A DNA stretch of 64,000 nt from an uncultured Dehalococcoidia bacterium (GTDB lineage: Bacteria; Chloroflexota; Dehalococcoidia; SM23-28-2), in assembly GCA_964512285.1 (NCBI GenBank), contig CAZEJO010000002.1, positions 32,392 to 96,391 of the forward strand, given 5' to 3'. This document shows, in pieces, positions 35,457 through 46,585 of this stretch. Below the pieces are notes generated by a model. The model did not search any database and was not told where the DNA came from. It saw only the letters and a program-made list of their open reading frames with translations. The stretch's first letter is position 1; every line of letters begins with the position of its first letter. The translations under genes were made by a program, and so were the position numbers.

Positions 35457-35921
35457 TTGCGGACCCTCATCCTGGGTCTTGGCAATCCTATTCTCTGCGA
35501 CGACGCCGTCGGCCTTCAGGCTGCCCGCCAGCTATATGAACTGATAGGTGAAGAGGATGTCGATCTGGTGGAGGCGGCGGTAGCGGGAATGCAGACCGTT
35601 CAGCTTCTCTCTGGCTACGACCGGGCGGTGGTCATCGATGTGGTGCCAGACGAGACGAGAGTGGGCGAGGTCTGGCGCCTCGACACCGACGAGCTGGAAG
35701 ACGTCTCCTCAACATCCAGTCATGGCATCGGCCTGGGGCAGGCCCTGCGCCTGGCCCGGCTGATGGGCCTGCCCGTCCCTGAGCAGATCCTCATCTATGC
35801 TATCGCTGCTGCCGATACCCAGACCTTCGGCGAGACCCTGACGCCTAAGCTCGCGAAAGCCCTCCCCACCATCGTCCGCAGGATCGCCGCCGACCTGGAC
35901 CGCCCCCCGGACCAGGGCTAA
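35457..35921 (+). CDS. Hydrogenase maturation endopeptidase (HycI/FrhD family).
   Basis: MRTLILGLGNPILCDDAVG motif; 154 aa; directly follows the large subunit. Confidence 0.8.
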   Translation: MRTLILGLGNPILCDDAVGLQAARQLYELIGEEDVDLVEAAVAGMQTVQLLSGYDRAVVIDVVPDETRVGEVWRLDTDELEDVSSTSSHGIGLGQALRLARLMGLPVPEQILIYAIAAADTQTFGETLTPKLAKALPTIVRRIAADLDRPPDQG

Positions 35922-36050
35922 TCGTTAACCGCCTCAGATTCGAGAACCCGGGGCAAAGCCAGCGTGGATTTCGAGGGTCTGCAGGCGCCAGGGTTGGCAA
36001 GGAGAGAGCCTGGCGGCACCCCAACAGCCCTAATCCGCAACTGCTTGGGC

Positions 36051-36059
36051 TGGTATAAT
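36051..36059 (+). promoter_or_regulatory. Extended -10 element TGgTATAAT upstream of the 36146 ORF.
   Basis: Read from the sequence; no good -35. Confidence 0.25.
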
Positions 36060-36145
36060 ACTGAAAGCAGCCATCGGGCGCAGCGGCACTTCTCGCGCGC
36101 CCTTCGTGCAGCAAGCGTTGCAGTCCATAAACAGAAGGCCAAACG

Positions 36146-36844
36146 ATGACGTGGGATGACGAGGTCGAAAAGCACCCGCACGATGTCTCCTCATTCGACT
36201 TCAGGGTCATCGAGGCGGACAAAGCATCGGCGAAAGACCTCGAAGCCATCTCCTCCCTCTTCGAGATGAACTATCGCCAGGCCAACCGCGCCTATCTGGA
36301 GAAGTCGCTCGGAACGCTGCGACACCTCGCCCTGGCCAAGCACGAGGGCACAACGGTCGGCTTCGCTCTCGGCGACTCCCGGAGCATGGACCTGCCGCGC
36401 CTACCCGGACAGGTGGTCAACCTCGCCGGCATCTGCTGCATCGCACCCCAATTCCGGCGGCGAGGCCTCTTCGCCGGCCTAGAGTACCGCATCTTCTTGG
36501 CCGTCGACATGCCAGCGCATTCACGCCGGCTGACTTGCGGACGCATGGCTCACCCCGCCGGCATGCGAGGGCTTACCCGTATCCCGACGGTGGTCCCCAA
36601 GCCGGGAGTGCGACCGACACCCTGGCAGCAGGAGGTTGGTCAAGCCATCGCCGATGCCTTCGGCAGTCACGCATTCGACCCGGAGACGTTCGTCTGCATC
36701 GGATCGGGCGAGCCCATCGGCTACCCGATCATCGAGTTCCAGGTGGAGCCGATAGAGTGGGAGGTGTTCAGGCAGGTCAACCGGGATCGAGGCGATTCAC
36801 TGCTGGCCATGGCCTGGACACCGGACGCCCCGCCGGGCTGGTAG
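36146..36844 (+). CDS. Hypothetical protein, weakly GNAT-acyltransferase-like.
   Basis: No strong motif. Central ...GTTVGFALGD...RRRGLFAGLEY has an acetyltransferase-like feel. Confidence 0.3.
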   Translation: MTWDDEVEKHPHDVSSFDFRVIEADKASAKDLEAISSLFEMNYRQANRAYLEKSLGTLRHLALAKHEGTTVGFALGDSRSMDLPRLPGQVVNLAGICCIAPQFRRRGLFAGLEYRIFLAVDMPAHSRRLTCGRMAHPAGMRGLTRIPTVVPKPGVRPTPWQQEVGQAIADAFGSHAFDPETFVCIGSGEPIGYPIIEFQVEPIEWEVFRQVNRDRGDSLLAMAWTPDAPPGW

Positions 36845-36920
36845 CCGGCTCGCTGGCTTCCCTGTCCCCTGTGCGGCGGCATCATCGCACTCACCCTCCC
36901 TTCTACGCCCCGCGTCATCC

Positions 36921-36949
36921 TTGACACCGTCGGGCTCGCGTGGTATGTT
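36921..36949 (+). promoter_or_regulatory. Sigma70-like promoter TTGACA-N17-TGgTATGTT upstream of arsR-CDF.
   Basis: Consensus -35 and extended -10 with 17-bp spacer, ~33 bp upstream of the ArsR start. An AT-rich imperfect dyad TTGTGCAATAATGCAGTAA follows (possible operator). Confidence 0.4.
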
Positions 36950-36981
36950 TATTTGAGCAGTTGTGCAATAATGCAGTAATT

Positions 36982-37353
36982 ATGTCCCAGGCTAGAACCT
37001 CGTCTGATGCCTCAGGAGCCGGCTATCTGGATGCTAAGGCTGCCGCCCGGGTCAAAGCAGCCCTGATCGACCCGGCCATCGCTTCCCGCCTGGCCGAGAC
37101 CTTCAAGGTCCTGGGCGACCCCAGCAGGGTCAGGATCGTCCACGCTCTCTCGCTCGAAGAGCTGTGCACCCACGATCTGGCCTCGGTTCTGGGCATGAGC
37201 GAGTCGGCCGTTTCCCATCAACTGGGCCTGCTGCGCCTGCTGAGGCTGGTGAGGTTTCGCAGAGAGGGTCGCATCGTCTACTACTCTCTGGATGACGAAC
37301 ACATCCGTCAGCTATTCGAGGACTCTCTCAGACACGTCAAGGAACAACGATGA
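36982..37353 (+). CDS. ArsR/SmtB-family metalloregulator.
   Basis: HTH ...LGDPSRVRIVHALSLEELCTHDLASVLGMSESAVSHQL. Translationally coupled to the CDF transporter (ATGA overlap). Confidence 0.75.
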   Translation: MSQARTSSDASGAGYLDAKAAARVKAALIDPAIASRLAETFKVLGDPSRVRIVHALSLEELCTHDLASVLGMSESAVSHQLGLLRLLRLVRFRREGRIVYYSLDDEHIRQLFEDSLRHVKEQR

Positions 37354-38282
37354 CCTGGCAGCATCAGGCTTCACGTCCCGCCAGCCAGCGAGCCCTCCTC
37401 CTCGCCTTCGCCATAACCCTGTCCTTTCTGGTGGCGGAGGTAGTGGGCGGTGTGCTAACCAACAGCCTGGCCCTTCTGTCCGACGCCGGCCATATGCTTT
37501 CCGATGTGGCCGCGCTGGGGCTGGGCATCTTCGCCATCTGGATAGCCATGCGGCCGGCCACCGCTACCCGAACGTATGGCTTCCACCGAGTGGAGGTGCT
37601 GGCCGCCCTGGCCAATGGGGTCATGCTTGTCGCCATAGCCATCTACATCTTCTGGCAGGCCGGCCATCGCCTCCAAGAACCGCCGGAGGTGAGGAGCCTG
37701 CCGATGTTGCTGGTAGCGATGGCTGGTCTGGGCGCCAACGTCGCCAGCGGCTCCCTTCTCTACCGCCATAGCAAAGACAGCCTCAACGTCAGGGGCGCCT
37801 TCTTGCACGTGCTGGCCGACGCCCTGGGATCGGCAGGCGCCATCTGCGCCGGGGTCATCATGCTGACCACGGGCTGGTATCGGGCCGATGCCATCGCTAG
37901 CGTCTTCATTGGCGCCCTCGTCCTGGTCAGCTCGTGGCGGCTGCTCAAAGAGTCACTGGGGGTGCTGCTGGAGGCGGTTCCGCCGCACATGAACGCCAAT
38001 GAGATCGAGGGTGCCCTGAAAGAGGTGGCCGGAGTGGTGGGCGTGCATGACCTGCACGTCTGGACGGTGACCTCCGGCTTCGTCGCTCTGACCTGCCACG
38101 CCGAGCTCAACGATAGCTGCGATATCCAGCAGGTGCTGGAGGAGCTCTGTCAGATGCTCCACGAGCGGCACGGTATCCGGCACGTGACCATCCAGCCCGA
38201 GGTCACCGGGCAGCACAGTAGGACAGCTCACCGCCCACTGCCACGCTGCCACAGCGCCTCCGACAGCGGCTGCGAGGAATGA
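37350..38282 (+). CDS. Cation diffusion facilitator (CzcD/ZitB-type) metal efflux transporter.
   Basis: HMLSDVAALGLGIFA and HVLADALGS motifs, 6 TM + C-terminal cytoplasmic domain; His-rich tail. Confidence 0.85.
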   Translation: MTWQHQASRPASQRALLLAFAITLSFLVAEVVGGVLTNSLALLSDAGHMLSDVAALGLGIFAIWIAMRPATATRTYGFHRVEVLAALANGVMLVAIAIYIFWQAGHRLQEPPEVRSLPMLLVAMAGLGANVASGSLLYRHSKDSLNVRGAFLHVLADALGSAGAICAGVIMLTTGWYRADAIASVFIGALVLVSSWRLLKESLGVLLEAVPPHMNANEIEGALKEVAGVVGVHDLHVWTVTSGFVALTCHAELNDSCDIQQVLEELCQMLHERHGIRHVTIQPEVTGQHSRTAHRPLPRCHSASDSGCEE

Positions 38283-38462
38283 GGCAAATAACCGCGCCCG
38301 AGAAGCTGATCAGCGTCGTCTAGTTACATAGTGGCCGGCAACTATGCAACGCTGCGCTAGGGCACTTGAAGAACTAAGCCCCTCACCGCATCTCGAACAG
38401 CCGCAGCGGGGCAACTTGCGGTGCGCCTGAGCATGACTGACGGCAGCTAGTGAGCTGAAAGG

Positions 38463-39806
38463 TCAGTCCTCGGGCACTTCAATGAAGCCTTCTCGCATCA
38501 ACATTTGGGTCTGCTCACGGGCCATCTTGATCCTTGCAAACGCACTTTCGCGGAGTTCTTGTTCAGTAAGCTTTATCCTTGCAAGTCCCTGTTCTATGGC
38601 CTTCAAGCCAACCGCTGCTGCTTCACGGGGGAAGACTTCCCATTCGTCCATCGTAGGAACAATATGTTCCTCATGGATCCCCTTGTCCTCAGCACATCTA
38701 GCAAGCTCACTGGCAGCGGCGATACACATCTCATCGGTTATGTTTGTAGCCCTAACATCCAGCGCCCCCCTGAATATGCCGGGAAATCCCAGCGAGTTGT
38801 TAATCTGATTGGGGAAATCGCTGCGGCCGGTAGCGATAATCTTCGCCCCAGCTTCTTTGGCTTCCCAGGGAAATATCTCCGGAACCGGGTTCGCGCAGGC
38901 AAATACAATCGGCTCAGGAGCCATTTTGGCTATCCATTCCTGCTTGATGACGCCCGGTCCGGACTGTGAAAGGGCGATCAGGACATCTGCGCCTGCCATT
39001 GCATCAGGTACACCACCCTTGAGATTGTCGACGTTGGTCACCTTGGCCAGTTCCCACTTCTCCGGGTACTTGACTTGCAGGTCTGTTCGCTCTCGATGCA
39101 GTGTGCCTTTGCTGTCGCAGATTATGATGTTTTCCGGGCGAATGCCCGCAGCAATGATTAGCCAAGCGGCTCGAACACCCGAAGCTCCTGCCCCGGCCAT
39201 CGCTACCCTTGCTTCGCTCATCTTCTTGTTGACCACTTTCAGGGCATTGATAAGGCCAGCCAAGACAACTGTAGCTGTTCCTTGCTGATCATCGTGCCAA
39301 ATCGGGATACGGGCCGTGCTGCGAAGCGTCTCAAGGATTCTGAAGCACTTCGGCTGAGCGATGTCCTCCAGGTTGATTCCACCGAAGCTGGGCTGGAGCA
39401 GGAGAACCGTCTCGATGATCTTGTCGGGGTCCTTCGTATCCAGGCAGATAGGAAAGGCGTCCACACCGCCCAGGTACCTGTAGAGCAGAGCCTTGCCCTC
39501 CATCACTGGTAGTGCTGCTTCAGGGCCAATGTCACCAAGGCCCAACACCCTTGTTCCGTCGGAAACCACCGCTACAAGGTTAGACTTATTGGTATGGTCA
39601 AAGACTCTGTCGGGATGATCACGAATGTCCAAGCAGGGTTCGGCTACGCCTGGTGTATACCAGATGGCAAAGTCATTAAAATCGCGAACACAACACCTAG
39701 GGAGGGTCTGCATCTTCCCCTTATAGAAGGGGTGGAGCCTCATGGCATCCTTTCCCGGCTGTTCCGCCTTTTCAAGCAGCTCCTGTACCTTATCCGTAAC
39801 CGCCAT
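38463..39806 (-). CDS. NAD(P)-dependent malic enzyme.
   Basis: [42 protein letters not shown] and AGAGASGV motifs; 447 aa. Confidence 0.85.
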   Translation of the reverse strand: MAVTDKVQELLEKAEQPGKDAMRLHPFYKGKMQTLPRCCVRDFNDFAIWYTPGVAEPCLDIRDHPDRVFDHTNKSNLVAVVSDGTRVLGLGDIGPEAALPVMEGKALLYRYLGGVDAFPICLDTKDPDKIIETVLLLQPSFGGINLEDIAQPKCFRILETLRSTARIPIWHDDQQGTATVVLAGLINALKVVNKKMSEARVAMAGAGASGVRAAWLIIAAGIRPENIIICDSKGTLHRERTDLQVKYPEKWELAKVTNVDNLKGGVPDAMAGADVLIALSQSGPGVIKQEWIAKMAPEPIVFACANPVPEIFPWEAKEAGAKIIATGRSDFPNQINNSLGFPGIFRGALDVRATNITDEMCIAAASELARCAEDKGIHEEHIVPTMDEWEVFPREAAAVGLKAIEQGLARIKLTEQELRESAFARIKMAREQTQMLMREGFIEVPED

Positions 39807-40101
39807 ACCTCAGCTTCCTCCCCTCTGGGGACTCTGCATATAGCCAATCAGGCAATTCCAACAGCGCTCCGCGTCGCTCGGGGATAAGAGCGTAGCTGGT
39901 GGACACAAGCAGCTCATATCCCCGCATGCTATTTCGATACAACTCCTATCGCGCAGACCGCTCAGTCTACGTTTTCCCATTATAACAGATGTCAATCAAA
40001 ATGCCACCTATTAATAAAAACAACCTTTAGACCCAAAGGTTAACCATCATGTGCGAACACTAGCCTAGAAGTTCGTCAGTCGAGGTAGCAGCGATGCCGG
40101 C

Positions 40102-41028
40102 TCAGGCCATGGCCCGCAACAGCCGGATCCGCTCCTCGATAGGCGGGTGGGTGGAGAAGAGGTTGTTCAGGAAGCTCTTGTGCTCGCGGAGAGGATTGTT
40201 GATGTAGAGGTGGGCAGTCGCCTTGTTGGCCACCTCCAACTGATCCGGATCGGCGGATATCTTCTCCAAGGCACGGGCCAGACCGTCCGGATAGCGAGTG
40301 AGTAGCGCCGCCGAGGCGTCGGCCAGGAACTCCCGCTGGCGCGAGATGGCGAAGCGAATGAGCTGAGCCGCGATGGGGGTGAGGATGATGGCCACCAGGG
40401 CGATGGCGTAGATGATTACCACCCCGGCGCCGCCACCACGCCCTCGATTGCTGGATCGGCGTCCGGCACCGAACAGGGTAAGGCGCAGGGCAAAGTCCGC
40501 CATCAGCGCCGTCAGGCCCACCAAAACCACGACGATGGTCATCATCCGGATATCGTAGTTGCCGATGTGGGAGAGCTCATGGGCAATGACCCCCTCGAGT
40601 TCGAGTTTGTCAAGCTTCTGGAGGAGGCCACGGGTGACGGCGATGGCCGCATGGTCGGGGTCGCGGCCGGTGGCGAAGGCGTTGGGGGAGCCGTCCTCGA
40701 TAACGTACACCTTGGGCATTGGCAGACCAGCGCCGATGCACAGATTCTCCACCGTGCGGTACAGCTCGGGCTCATCGTCCTTCGTCACCTCACGTGCCTG
40801 GGAGATGGCCAGCGCCACCTGCGGCGAGCGGTAGTACATTATCAAGGCGATGATCAGAAAGGGGATGATGAGCAGAGGGGCGAAGGGATACGGCAGCCCC
40901 AAGACGATTCCGATGGCGATGGATACGCCTGCCAGCAGTGCCACGAAGACGAACAGCATCAGGAATGTGTCCCTGCGGTTGCGGTCGATGCGGTCGTAGA
41001 TGAGGAGGGGCTGTTCGGTCTCAGCCAA
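40102..41028 (-). CDS. htpX: Zinc metalloprotease HtpX (M48).
   Basis: HExxH (IAHELSHIGNYD), 4 TM helices; followed by lemA as is common. Confidence 0.85.
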   Translation of the reverse strand: MAETEQPLLIYDRIDRNRRDTFLMLFVFVALLAGVSIAIGIVLGLPYPFAPLLIIPFLIIALIMYYRSPQVALAISQAREVTKDDEPELYRTVENLCIGAGLPMPKVYVIEDGSPNAFATGRDPDHAAIAVTRGLLQKLDKLELEGVIAHELSHIGNYDIRMMTIVVVLVGLTALMADFALRLTLFGAGRRSSNRGRGGGAGVVIIYAIALVAIILTPIAAQLIRFAISRQREFLADASAALLTRYPDGLARALEKISADPDQLEVANKATAHLYINNPLREHKSFLNNLFSTHPPIEERIRLLRAMA

Positions 41029-41040
41029 CGTGGGAACTCG

Positions 41041-41682
41041 CTATTCTTCGCTCGACGAGGCTGGCGGTTCAGGTGGCGCCGGTGGGCTGGCCGGCGGCGG
41101 CTCGGCAGGCGCTGGCGGCCGTGCGAAGCTGACCTTAGGAACCTCCCGCGCTTCCTCCGGTGCCTCGAAGAACTCGAATCGCTTGAAGCCGAACATGTTG
41201 GCTACTACTACGTTGGGAACCGTCTGGATGCTGGTGTTGTAGGTCGACACGTTGCGGTTGTAGAACTGGCGGGCGTAGGCGATCTTCTCCTCGATGTCCG
41301 ACAGCTCGTTCTGCAGGTCCAGGAAGTTCTGGTTCGCCTTGAGCTCGGGGTAGTTCTCCGCCACAGCGAACAAGGAACGCAACGTCTGGGTAAGGAAGTT
41401 GTTGGCCTGCGCCGCCTCCGCTGCCGTTCCCGCCTGCTGCAACATCGCCCGGGCACGAGTCACGTTTTCGAAGGTCTCGCGCTCGTGGGCAGCATAGCCC
41501 TTGACCGTTTCGACCAGGTTGGGGATCAGGTCGGCACGCCGCTTCAACTGGACATCGATGCCCGACCAGGCCTCGCGTGTGCGGACCCGCGCTCGCACGA
41601 GCCCGTTGTACATGCCTACCAGCACGAGCACAGCGAGCACGACGATGCCGACGATGACTCCGATAGCGATTACCGCTGCCAT
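41041..41682 (-). CDS. lemA: LemA family protein.
   Basis: N-terminal TM segment followed by [44 protein letters not shown]...[12 protein letters not shown], characteristic of LemA. Confidence 0.8.
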   Translation of the reverse strand: MAAVIAIGVIVGIVVLAVLVLVGMYNGLVRARVRTREAWSGIDVQLKRRADLIPNLVETVKGYAAHERETFENVTRARAMLQQAGTAAEAAQANNFLTQTLRSLFAVAENYPELKANQNFLDLQNELSDIEEKIAYARQFYNRNVSTYNTSIQTVPNVVVANMFGFKRFEFFEAPEEAREVPKVSFARPPAPAEPPPASPPAPPEPPASSSEE

Positions 41683-41799
41683 GTTGTCCTCCCTCGACCG
41701 CCTGCCCACAATCGGGCAGTTCCAAGCCCTGTCAGCACCCCAATTCTAGCATGCCCCACCAGTGTGAGCTCCTAGTACCTCGGTCTGAATGTCTTATCA

Positions 41800-42819
41800 T
41801 CAAGCGCTGTAGGTCCTGATCGCCTGGTCGATGAAATCCGCGAAGAGGGGGCCGATGGTCCGGTTGGCCAGTTCGTTGGGGTGGGCATCGTACTCATCGG
41901 TTTGATAGTCGGTCCGGAGCACATTAGTGGATGGGTCGGCCAGCAGGTCGAAGAAGTTGAAGGTGAACACGTTCGGGTGGCCGCTCAGGTATTCATCCGA
42001 GGCCAGCCAGTTGCTGAAAGCGCGCGCCCTTGCTGCGGCCTCGGGTTCGGTGTATTCGGCTACCTGCGGCGGTGGGCTGACGACAATGAAGATCTTGTTA
42101 GGATACTGATCCATCCGGTCGCGGATAGAGAGGTAGTAGGACTTGTACTCAGCCAACTGATCGTCGCTCTGGATATCGCTTACCGGAAAGCAGGACTTGA
42201 AAGCGATGACGTCGTACTCCATCAGGTGGCTGAAAGTGTTATCCGACGGATCGTGCAACGGCTGGGCAAAGATATCAGCGAACCCATCAGGATCGGTATT
42301 GTCATCGGGAACATCGAAGTTGCGACCGGTCCAGGTGCCGTCGGCGAGAACCAGTCCATCATCGTTGTAGCCGTGATCGTAGAACTCGTAGCCCAGACCG
42401 GTGAGGCGCTGGCGTACGTCTCCCTCCTCAATGAGGCTGGCGCCAGTGGAGTGGTGCAGGAAGATGACGCGGCGGAAGTCGACTTCAGGCGCGAGCGTTG
42501 GCGTTGGCGTCGCCGCTGGCGTGAGCGTTGGTGCGAGCGTAGGGGTAGGCGTAGCCGCGGCAGTGGGAGTCTCGGCTGCGGCTGTGGGTGTCACTGCGGG
42601 GGGCGACGGCCTTGCCGCGGGCGTCGCAGTGGGGCTGGTGGTGGCGACCAGTGTCGCGCTTGGCGTTGCGGCTGGTTCGTCTTCACCGTCCTCGCAGGCC
42701 ACCGCCAGTACCAGCAGCAGCGCTGCTAAGGCCAGGAAGATCAGCCAGGATTCGCCTAGCTTCCGCACGACCGCGTCAGGCCCTTTTCTCCATCCCCTTG
42801 TTCTCGACATGCTGGACAA
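41800..42819 (-). CDS. Secreted/lipoprotein with Thr/Pro/Ala-rich linker and a C-terminal globular domain; function unknown.
   Basis: Signal peptide ...LLLVLAVACEDGED (lipobox), ~70-aa TPTA-repeat low-complexity linker, then a conserved-looking domain (VIFLHHSTGASLIEEGD...). Start uncertain. Confidence 0.4.
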   Translation of the reverse strand: MSSMSRTRGWRKGPDAVVRKLGESWLIFLALAALLLVLAVACEDGEDEPAATPSATLVATTSPTATPAARPSPPAVTPTAAAETPTAAATPTPTLAPTLTPAATPTPTLAPEVDFRRVIFLHHSTGASLIEEGDVRQRLTGLGYEFYDHGYNDDGLVLADGTWTGRNFDVPDDNTDPDGFADIFAQPLHDPSDNTFSHLMEYDVIAFKSCFPVSDIQSDDQLAEYKSYYLSIRDRMDQYPNKIFIVVSPPPQVAEYTEPEAAARARAFSNWLASDEYLSGHPNVFTFNFFDLLADPSTNVLRTDYQTDEYDAHPNELANRTIGPLFADFIDQAIRTYSA

Positions 42820-43040
42820 TCAGGATAGCCCTATGCTAACCGCAGGCACAAGGGTTGGCAAGGAGGAGAGCAGGCTTACTATCATCGCCCGGTTGCGGCT
42901 GTCCAACGTGGCAAGATACTTGACGCAATTCGGGAATCTGACTAGTCTGAGTCTCACGAGGGCTACTATCTTTCTTACGGCATCGACAGCCCGACGTGAG
43001 GAATTGCAGCTGGTCTGCTGCCAAATCTGCAGTGGAGGGT

Positions 43041-44012
43041 GTGAGAGTGTATAAGAGGGTGCTCGTTCCGTTGGACGGCTCCGAGCTTGCCGAAGTAGTT
43101 TTCTCTTACGCAAAAGAGCTTGCTGCAGGACTGGGGTTGGATTTGGTCTTGCTGCACGTTGCTAGCCCGCACGAACGCGACTTGATCCCCTTGCATCGAG
43201 CCTATGTGGAGCGGGCGGCTGGAATCTTGAGGCGTGAATCGGAAGAGCTTCAGAAGAAAGCTGGCATTCAACCAAAAGGCGGAGGAGTGTCGGCGGAAGG
43301 TGAACTCGCGGTGGGCCATGCTGCTGAGGAAATCCTTAGTTGCGCTCTGAAACACAATATCGACTTGATCCTCATGGCAACCCATGGCCGCTCTGGCATC
43401 AAACGCTGGGCCCTTGGGAGCGTCGCTGACAAGGTTCTCCGTGTGTCGAAGATCCCTGTTTGCCTTGTTCGAGTGTGCCTTCGCGAAGAGATTATTCATG
43501 ACAAATGGTCAGCTAGAACGATGCTAGTCCCACTAGATGGCTCAGAGTTGGCTGAATCGGTGATTCCCCATGTTGAAGCGCTGGCGAAGCAACAAGGTTC
43601 CAAGCCGGTGAATGTGGTTCTGCTCCGAGTTTGCGAACCGCCAATCGTCCCGTCAGATTACCCTCCTACAGCAGGCTTGACGTGGAAGGAACATGAAGCG
43701 CGCGAAATGGCCAGGCCCACGATCGTCTGTGAGGAATACCTGGCTGGAGTACAGAGGCGGCTTAAAGGTGCGGGACTTGAAACTCGGTCAGTGGTGCTGA
43801 AGGGCAAGCCCGCTGATGAGATTACGGATTATGCCAACAAGAATCCCGTTAGCCTGATCGTGATGTCAACCCACGGGCGCTCTGGGATCAGCCGCTGGGC
43901 CTATGGGAATGTTGCCGACAAGGTTCTGCTAGGAGTCTCCAGCCCGGTCTTTCTTATTAGGCCACCGTCAGACGACAAGACCTCGTCTGCATCTGCGGAC
44001 TTGCCATGCTGA
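43041..44012 (+). CDS. Universal stress protein, tandem UspA domains.
   Basis: Two repeats of ...LVPLDGSELAE...THGRSGI..WALGSVADKVL. Proposed GTG start at 43041 with GGAGGG RBS. Confidence 0.75.
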   Translation: MRVYKRVLVPLDGSELAEVVFSYAKELAAGLGLDLVLLHVASPHERDLIPLHRAYVERAAGILRRESEELQKKAGIQPKGGGVSAEGELAVGHAAEEILSCALKHNIDLILMATHGRSGIKRWALGSVADKVLRVSKIPVCLVRVCLREEIIHDKWSARTMLVPLDGSELAESVIPHVEALAKQQGSKPVNVVLLRVCEPPIVPSDYPPTAGLTWKEHEAREMARPTIVCEEYLAGVQRRLKGAGLETRSVVLKGKPADEITDYANKNPVSLIVMSTHGRSGISRWAYGNVADKVLLGVSSPVFLIRPPSDDKTSSASADLPC

Positions 44013-44028
44013 GGTATCTGGATCGGCC

Positions 44029-44538
44029 TTAAGATACTGAGTCGTTAGGGTCGCACCGAAGGTCTTCAAGCACACGCTCCACCACTTCACGCGCTGCCTT
44101 CTCAACCTCCGGGGAGAGCCCTAGGCCAGCCTCGAAGGTCTTCCCTTCAACGCCGTAGACAACAAGCCGCGGCGGAAGCCGGCCGAGCGCCCGCGCAAGT
44201 TCGATGGCCTCAGCAGTGCTAAAGGCGTGAGTGGAGCAATGGGAAAACTCTGTCGGGATGGGCTGCCTGTGGGCATCGAGCCGGTGAAGGATTCCCGGTT
44301 CTGCGCCGGAATGAACCGCATCGATCAGGATAACTGCATCAGCATCCTTCCACGACTCCATCAATGCCGTGCCCTCGCTGCTCTCCTCCAGAACCCGCAC
44401 ATGCTCAGGCGCCCGTTCTCTCAGGCATCGAGCAACGATGAGTCCCACCGCATCATCGTGCCGGTACCGATTGCCGAGGCCGATGACGAGCGTGCCCGAT
44501 CTGCCAGGCGGCATGGCGATTCCTTCAGTCCCGTTCAA
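44029..44538 (-). CDS. Hydrogenase maturation endopeptidase (HoxW/HyaD family), second copy.
   Basis: [16 protein letters not shown]...HSGAEPG motifs. A possible alternative start (44514) would avoid the 14-bp overlap with hydA. Confidence 0.75.
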   Translation of the reverse strand: MNGTEGIAMPPGRSGTLVIGLGNRYRHDDAVGLIVARCLRERAPEHVRVLEESSEGTALMESWKDADAVILIDAVHSGAEPGILHRLDAHRQPIPTEFSHCSTHAFSTAEAIELARALGRLPPRLVVYGVEGKTFEAGLGLSPEVEKAAREVVERVLEDLRCDPNDSVS

Positions 44539-45814
44539 TATGGAGCTTCAAGAAGTGCGCGGAGCAAGAGATGCACGGGTCGTAGTTGCGTATCACCTGC
44601 TCGCACTGCCACGTGAGCTGGTCAGACGGCAGATCCATGTGCTTCGGGACGAACTGCCAGAGGTCGCTTTCGACGCTCTTCTGATTCTGGGAGGTCGGCG
44701 CAACGATCTTCGCGTCGAGGATCACTCCCTGATCATCAACACGGTAGCGATGGTACAAACTGCCGCGCGGCGCCTCGGTGCAGCCGTAGCACGTGGCAGC
44801 GCGCGGCTGAACCTCCACAGCTGGTTTCTCCGGCATCTCGTATTCATCAATGATGCGCAGTGCCTCGTCATAGGCGTAAAGAGTCTCCACACTGCGCACA
44901 ATGATGCTCTTGAACTGATTGCGACAGACGGGCCCAAGCCCGGCATCGCGGGCGGCCTGTTGCGCCAGTGGAGAAAGCTTGTCGAAGTTCAGGTTGTAGC
45001 GCGCCAGGGGACCGACAAGGTAGCTGCCGCGTTCCTTGAGCACAGAGTGCAACGCATTGGTATACGGCACGTGCTCTTCGACGAAGTGGTCATCGTATTC
45101 GCTAAGGGCGATGTCCAACCCCTTGTTGGAAACAAGTCGGCCTTCGGTGATGGCGTATTCGTCTGGGTGGCGCAGGGCGACGAACTCGTAGTCCTGCTCA
45201 AAGTCCGGAAAGGGTAGCGTTGCCGTCCAGCGAACAGTCTCAAGAGCGGCATCGCGCCCCCACTTGAGTTTCTCTATGAAAGGGGCAAGCTCGCGCTTGG
45301 TCGGCGCTCTGTACAATCCACCCACGCGTATGTTGATCGGGTGAACCTCTCTGCCGCCAAGGAGTGCCATAAGCTCATTGCCCACCTTCTTCAACTGCAG
45401 CCCCTTCTGGACGACCTCGGCATGATCCTTCGCCATCTGGATGCCATCGTCGTAGCCGAGGAAGTCGGGGGCATGGAGCAAAAACACATGCAGGGCATGG
45501 CTCTCGATCCATTCACCGCAGTAGATCAGCCGGCGGAGGGCACGGATCTGGGGATCCACAGTCACCCCAAAGGCGCTCTCCATCGCATGGGCCGAGCTCA
45601 TCTGATAGGCGATAGGGCATATGCCGCAGATGCGGGCTGTGATGTCGGGTGCTTCGTTGTACTTGCGGCCGCGCAGGAAGGCCTCGAAGAGACGTGGTGG
45701 TTCCCAAATCTTGAACTTGACGTCCGTCACCGTGTTGTTGCTGATCTTCACATGCAGCGCGCCCTCGCCTTCGACGCGGGCGAGGTAGTTCACCTTTATC
45801 GTCCTACTTTTCAT
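44525..45814 (-). CDS. hydA: [NiFe]-hydrogenase large subunit, group 3b (sulfhydrogenase alpha-like).
   Basis: RICGICP and DPCISCSAH motifs; 429 aa with a short 9-aa C-terminal extension; gene order hydBGDA. Confidence 0.85.
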   Translation of the reverse strand: MKSRTIKVNYLARVEGEGALHVKISNNTVTDVKFKIWEPPRLFEAFLRGRKYNEAPDITARICGICPIAYQMSSAHAMESAFGVTVDPQIRALRRLIYCGEWIESHALHVFLLHAPDFLGYDDGIQMAKDHAEVVQKGLQLKKVGNELMALLGGREVHPINIRVGGLYRAPTKRELAPFIEKLKWGRDAALETVRWTATLPFPDFEQDYEFVALRHPDEYAITEGRLVSNKGLDIALSEYDDHFVEEHVPYTNALHSVLKERGSYLVGPLARYNLNFDKLSPLAQQAARDAGLGPVCRNQFKSIIVRSVETLYAYDEALRIIDEYEMPEKPAVEVQPRAATCYGCTEAPRGSLYHRYRVDDQGVILDAKIVAPTSQNQKSVESDLWQFVPKHMDLPSDQLTWQCEQVIRNYDPCISCSAHFLKLHIERD

Positions 45815-46583
45815 GAGCTACGCTCTCCTCACGAAATGCTTCAGCCCAGGCATTGAATGTACGGAACGCGCGCACTAGGTCCTGTTCCTCCACCCCTAGG
45901 TAGCTCCACCGCCTGCTCAACGAATCCGTATTCGGCGTCTCCATCGGCCCGAAGCACCCGTAACAGCCGCGATAATACGCCGGACAGATAGCGCCACAGC
46001 CGGCCTGGGTTACGGGTCCAAGGCAAGGCGTGCCGTGCGCAACCATCACGCAGACAGTTCCGCGTCTCTTGCACTCGATGCAGACGCTATACAGCGGTAA
46101 GTTTGGTTTGCGTCCATTGAGGAAAGCACTGACGACCTCAAGGAGTTGCTCCTTGTTGATGGGACAGCCGCGTAGCTCAAAATCAACCTGGACGTGGTCG
46201 GCGATGGGCGTTGATGTGGCCAGCGTCTCAATGTATTCCGGCGCGGCGTATACAATGGAGACGAACTCCTGCACGTCCTTGAAGTTACGCAGCGCTTGAA
46301 TGCCACCAGCGGTGGCACAGGCCCCGATGGTAACCAGACACTTCGACCGCCGGCGTATCTGTTGAATCAGCTCAACGTCGTGGGGCGTCGTAATGGAACC
46401 CTCAACCAACGAAAGGTCATAGGGGCCCCTTACCACGGCCCTCGACGCCTCAACAAAGTGGGCGATGTCGACCTGGCCTGCCACAGCGAGCAGTTCGTCT
46501 TCACAGTTGAGAAGGGTCAACTGACAGCCGCTGCAGGAGGCGAATTTCCAGACGGCAAGTTTCGGTTTGCGACTCGGAGGCAA
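45804..46583 (-). CDS. hydD: [NiFe]-hydrogenase small subunit (sulfhydrogenase delta-like).
   Basis: [17 protein letters not shown]...[10 protein letters not shown] (20-kDa NuoB-like fold). Confidence 0.8.
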   Translation of the reverse strand: MPPSRKPKLAVWKFASCSGCQLTLLNCEDELLAVAGQVDIAHFVEASRAVVRGPYDLSLVEGSITTPHDVELIQQIRRRSKCLVTIGACATAGGIQALRNFKDVQEFVSIVYAAPEYIETLATSTPIADHVQVDFELRGCPINKEQLLEVVSAFLNGRKPNLPLYSVCIECKRRGTVCVMVAHGTPCLGPVTQAGCGAICPAYYRGCYGCFGPMETPNTDSLSRRWSYLGVEEQDLVRAFRTFNAWAEAFREESVAHEK

Positions 46584-46585
46584 TG

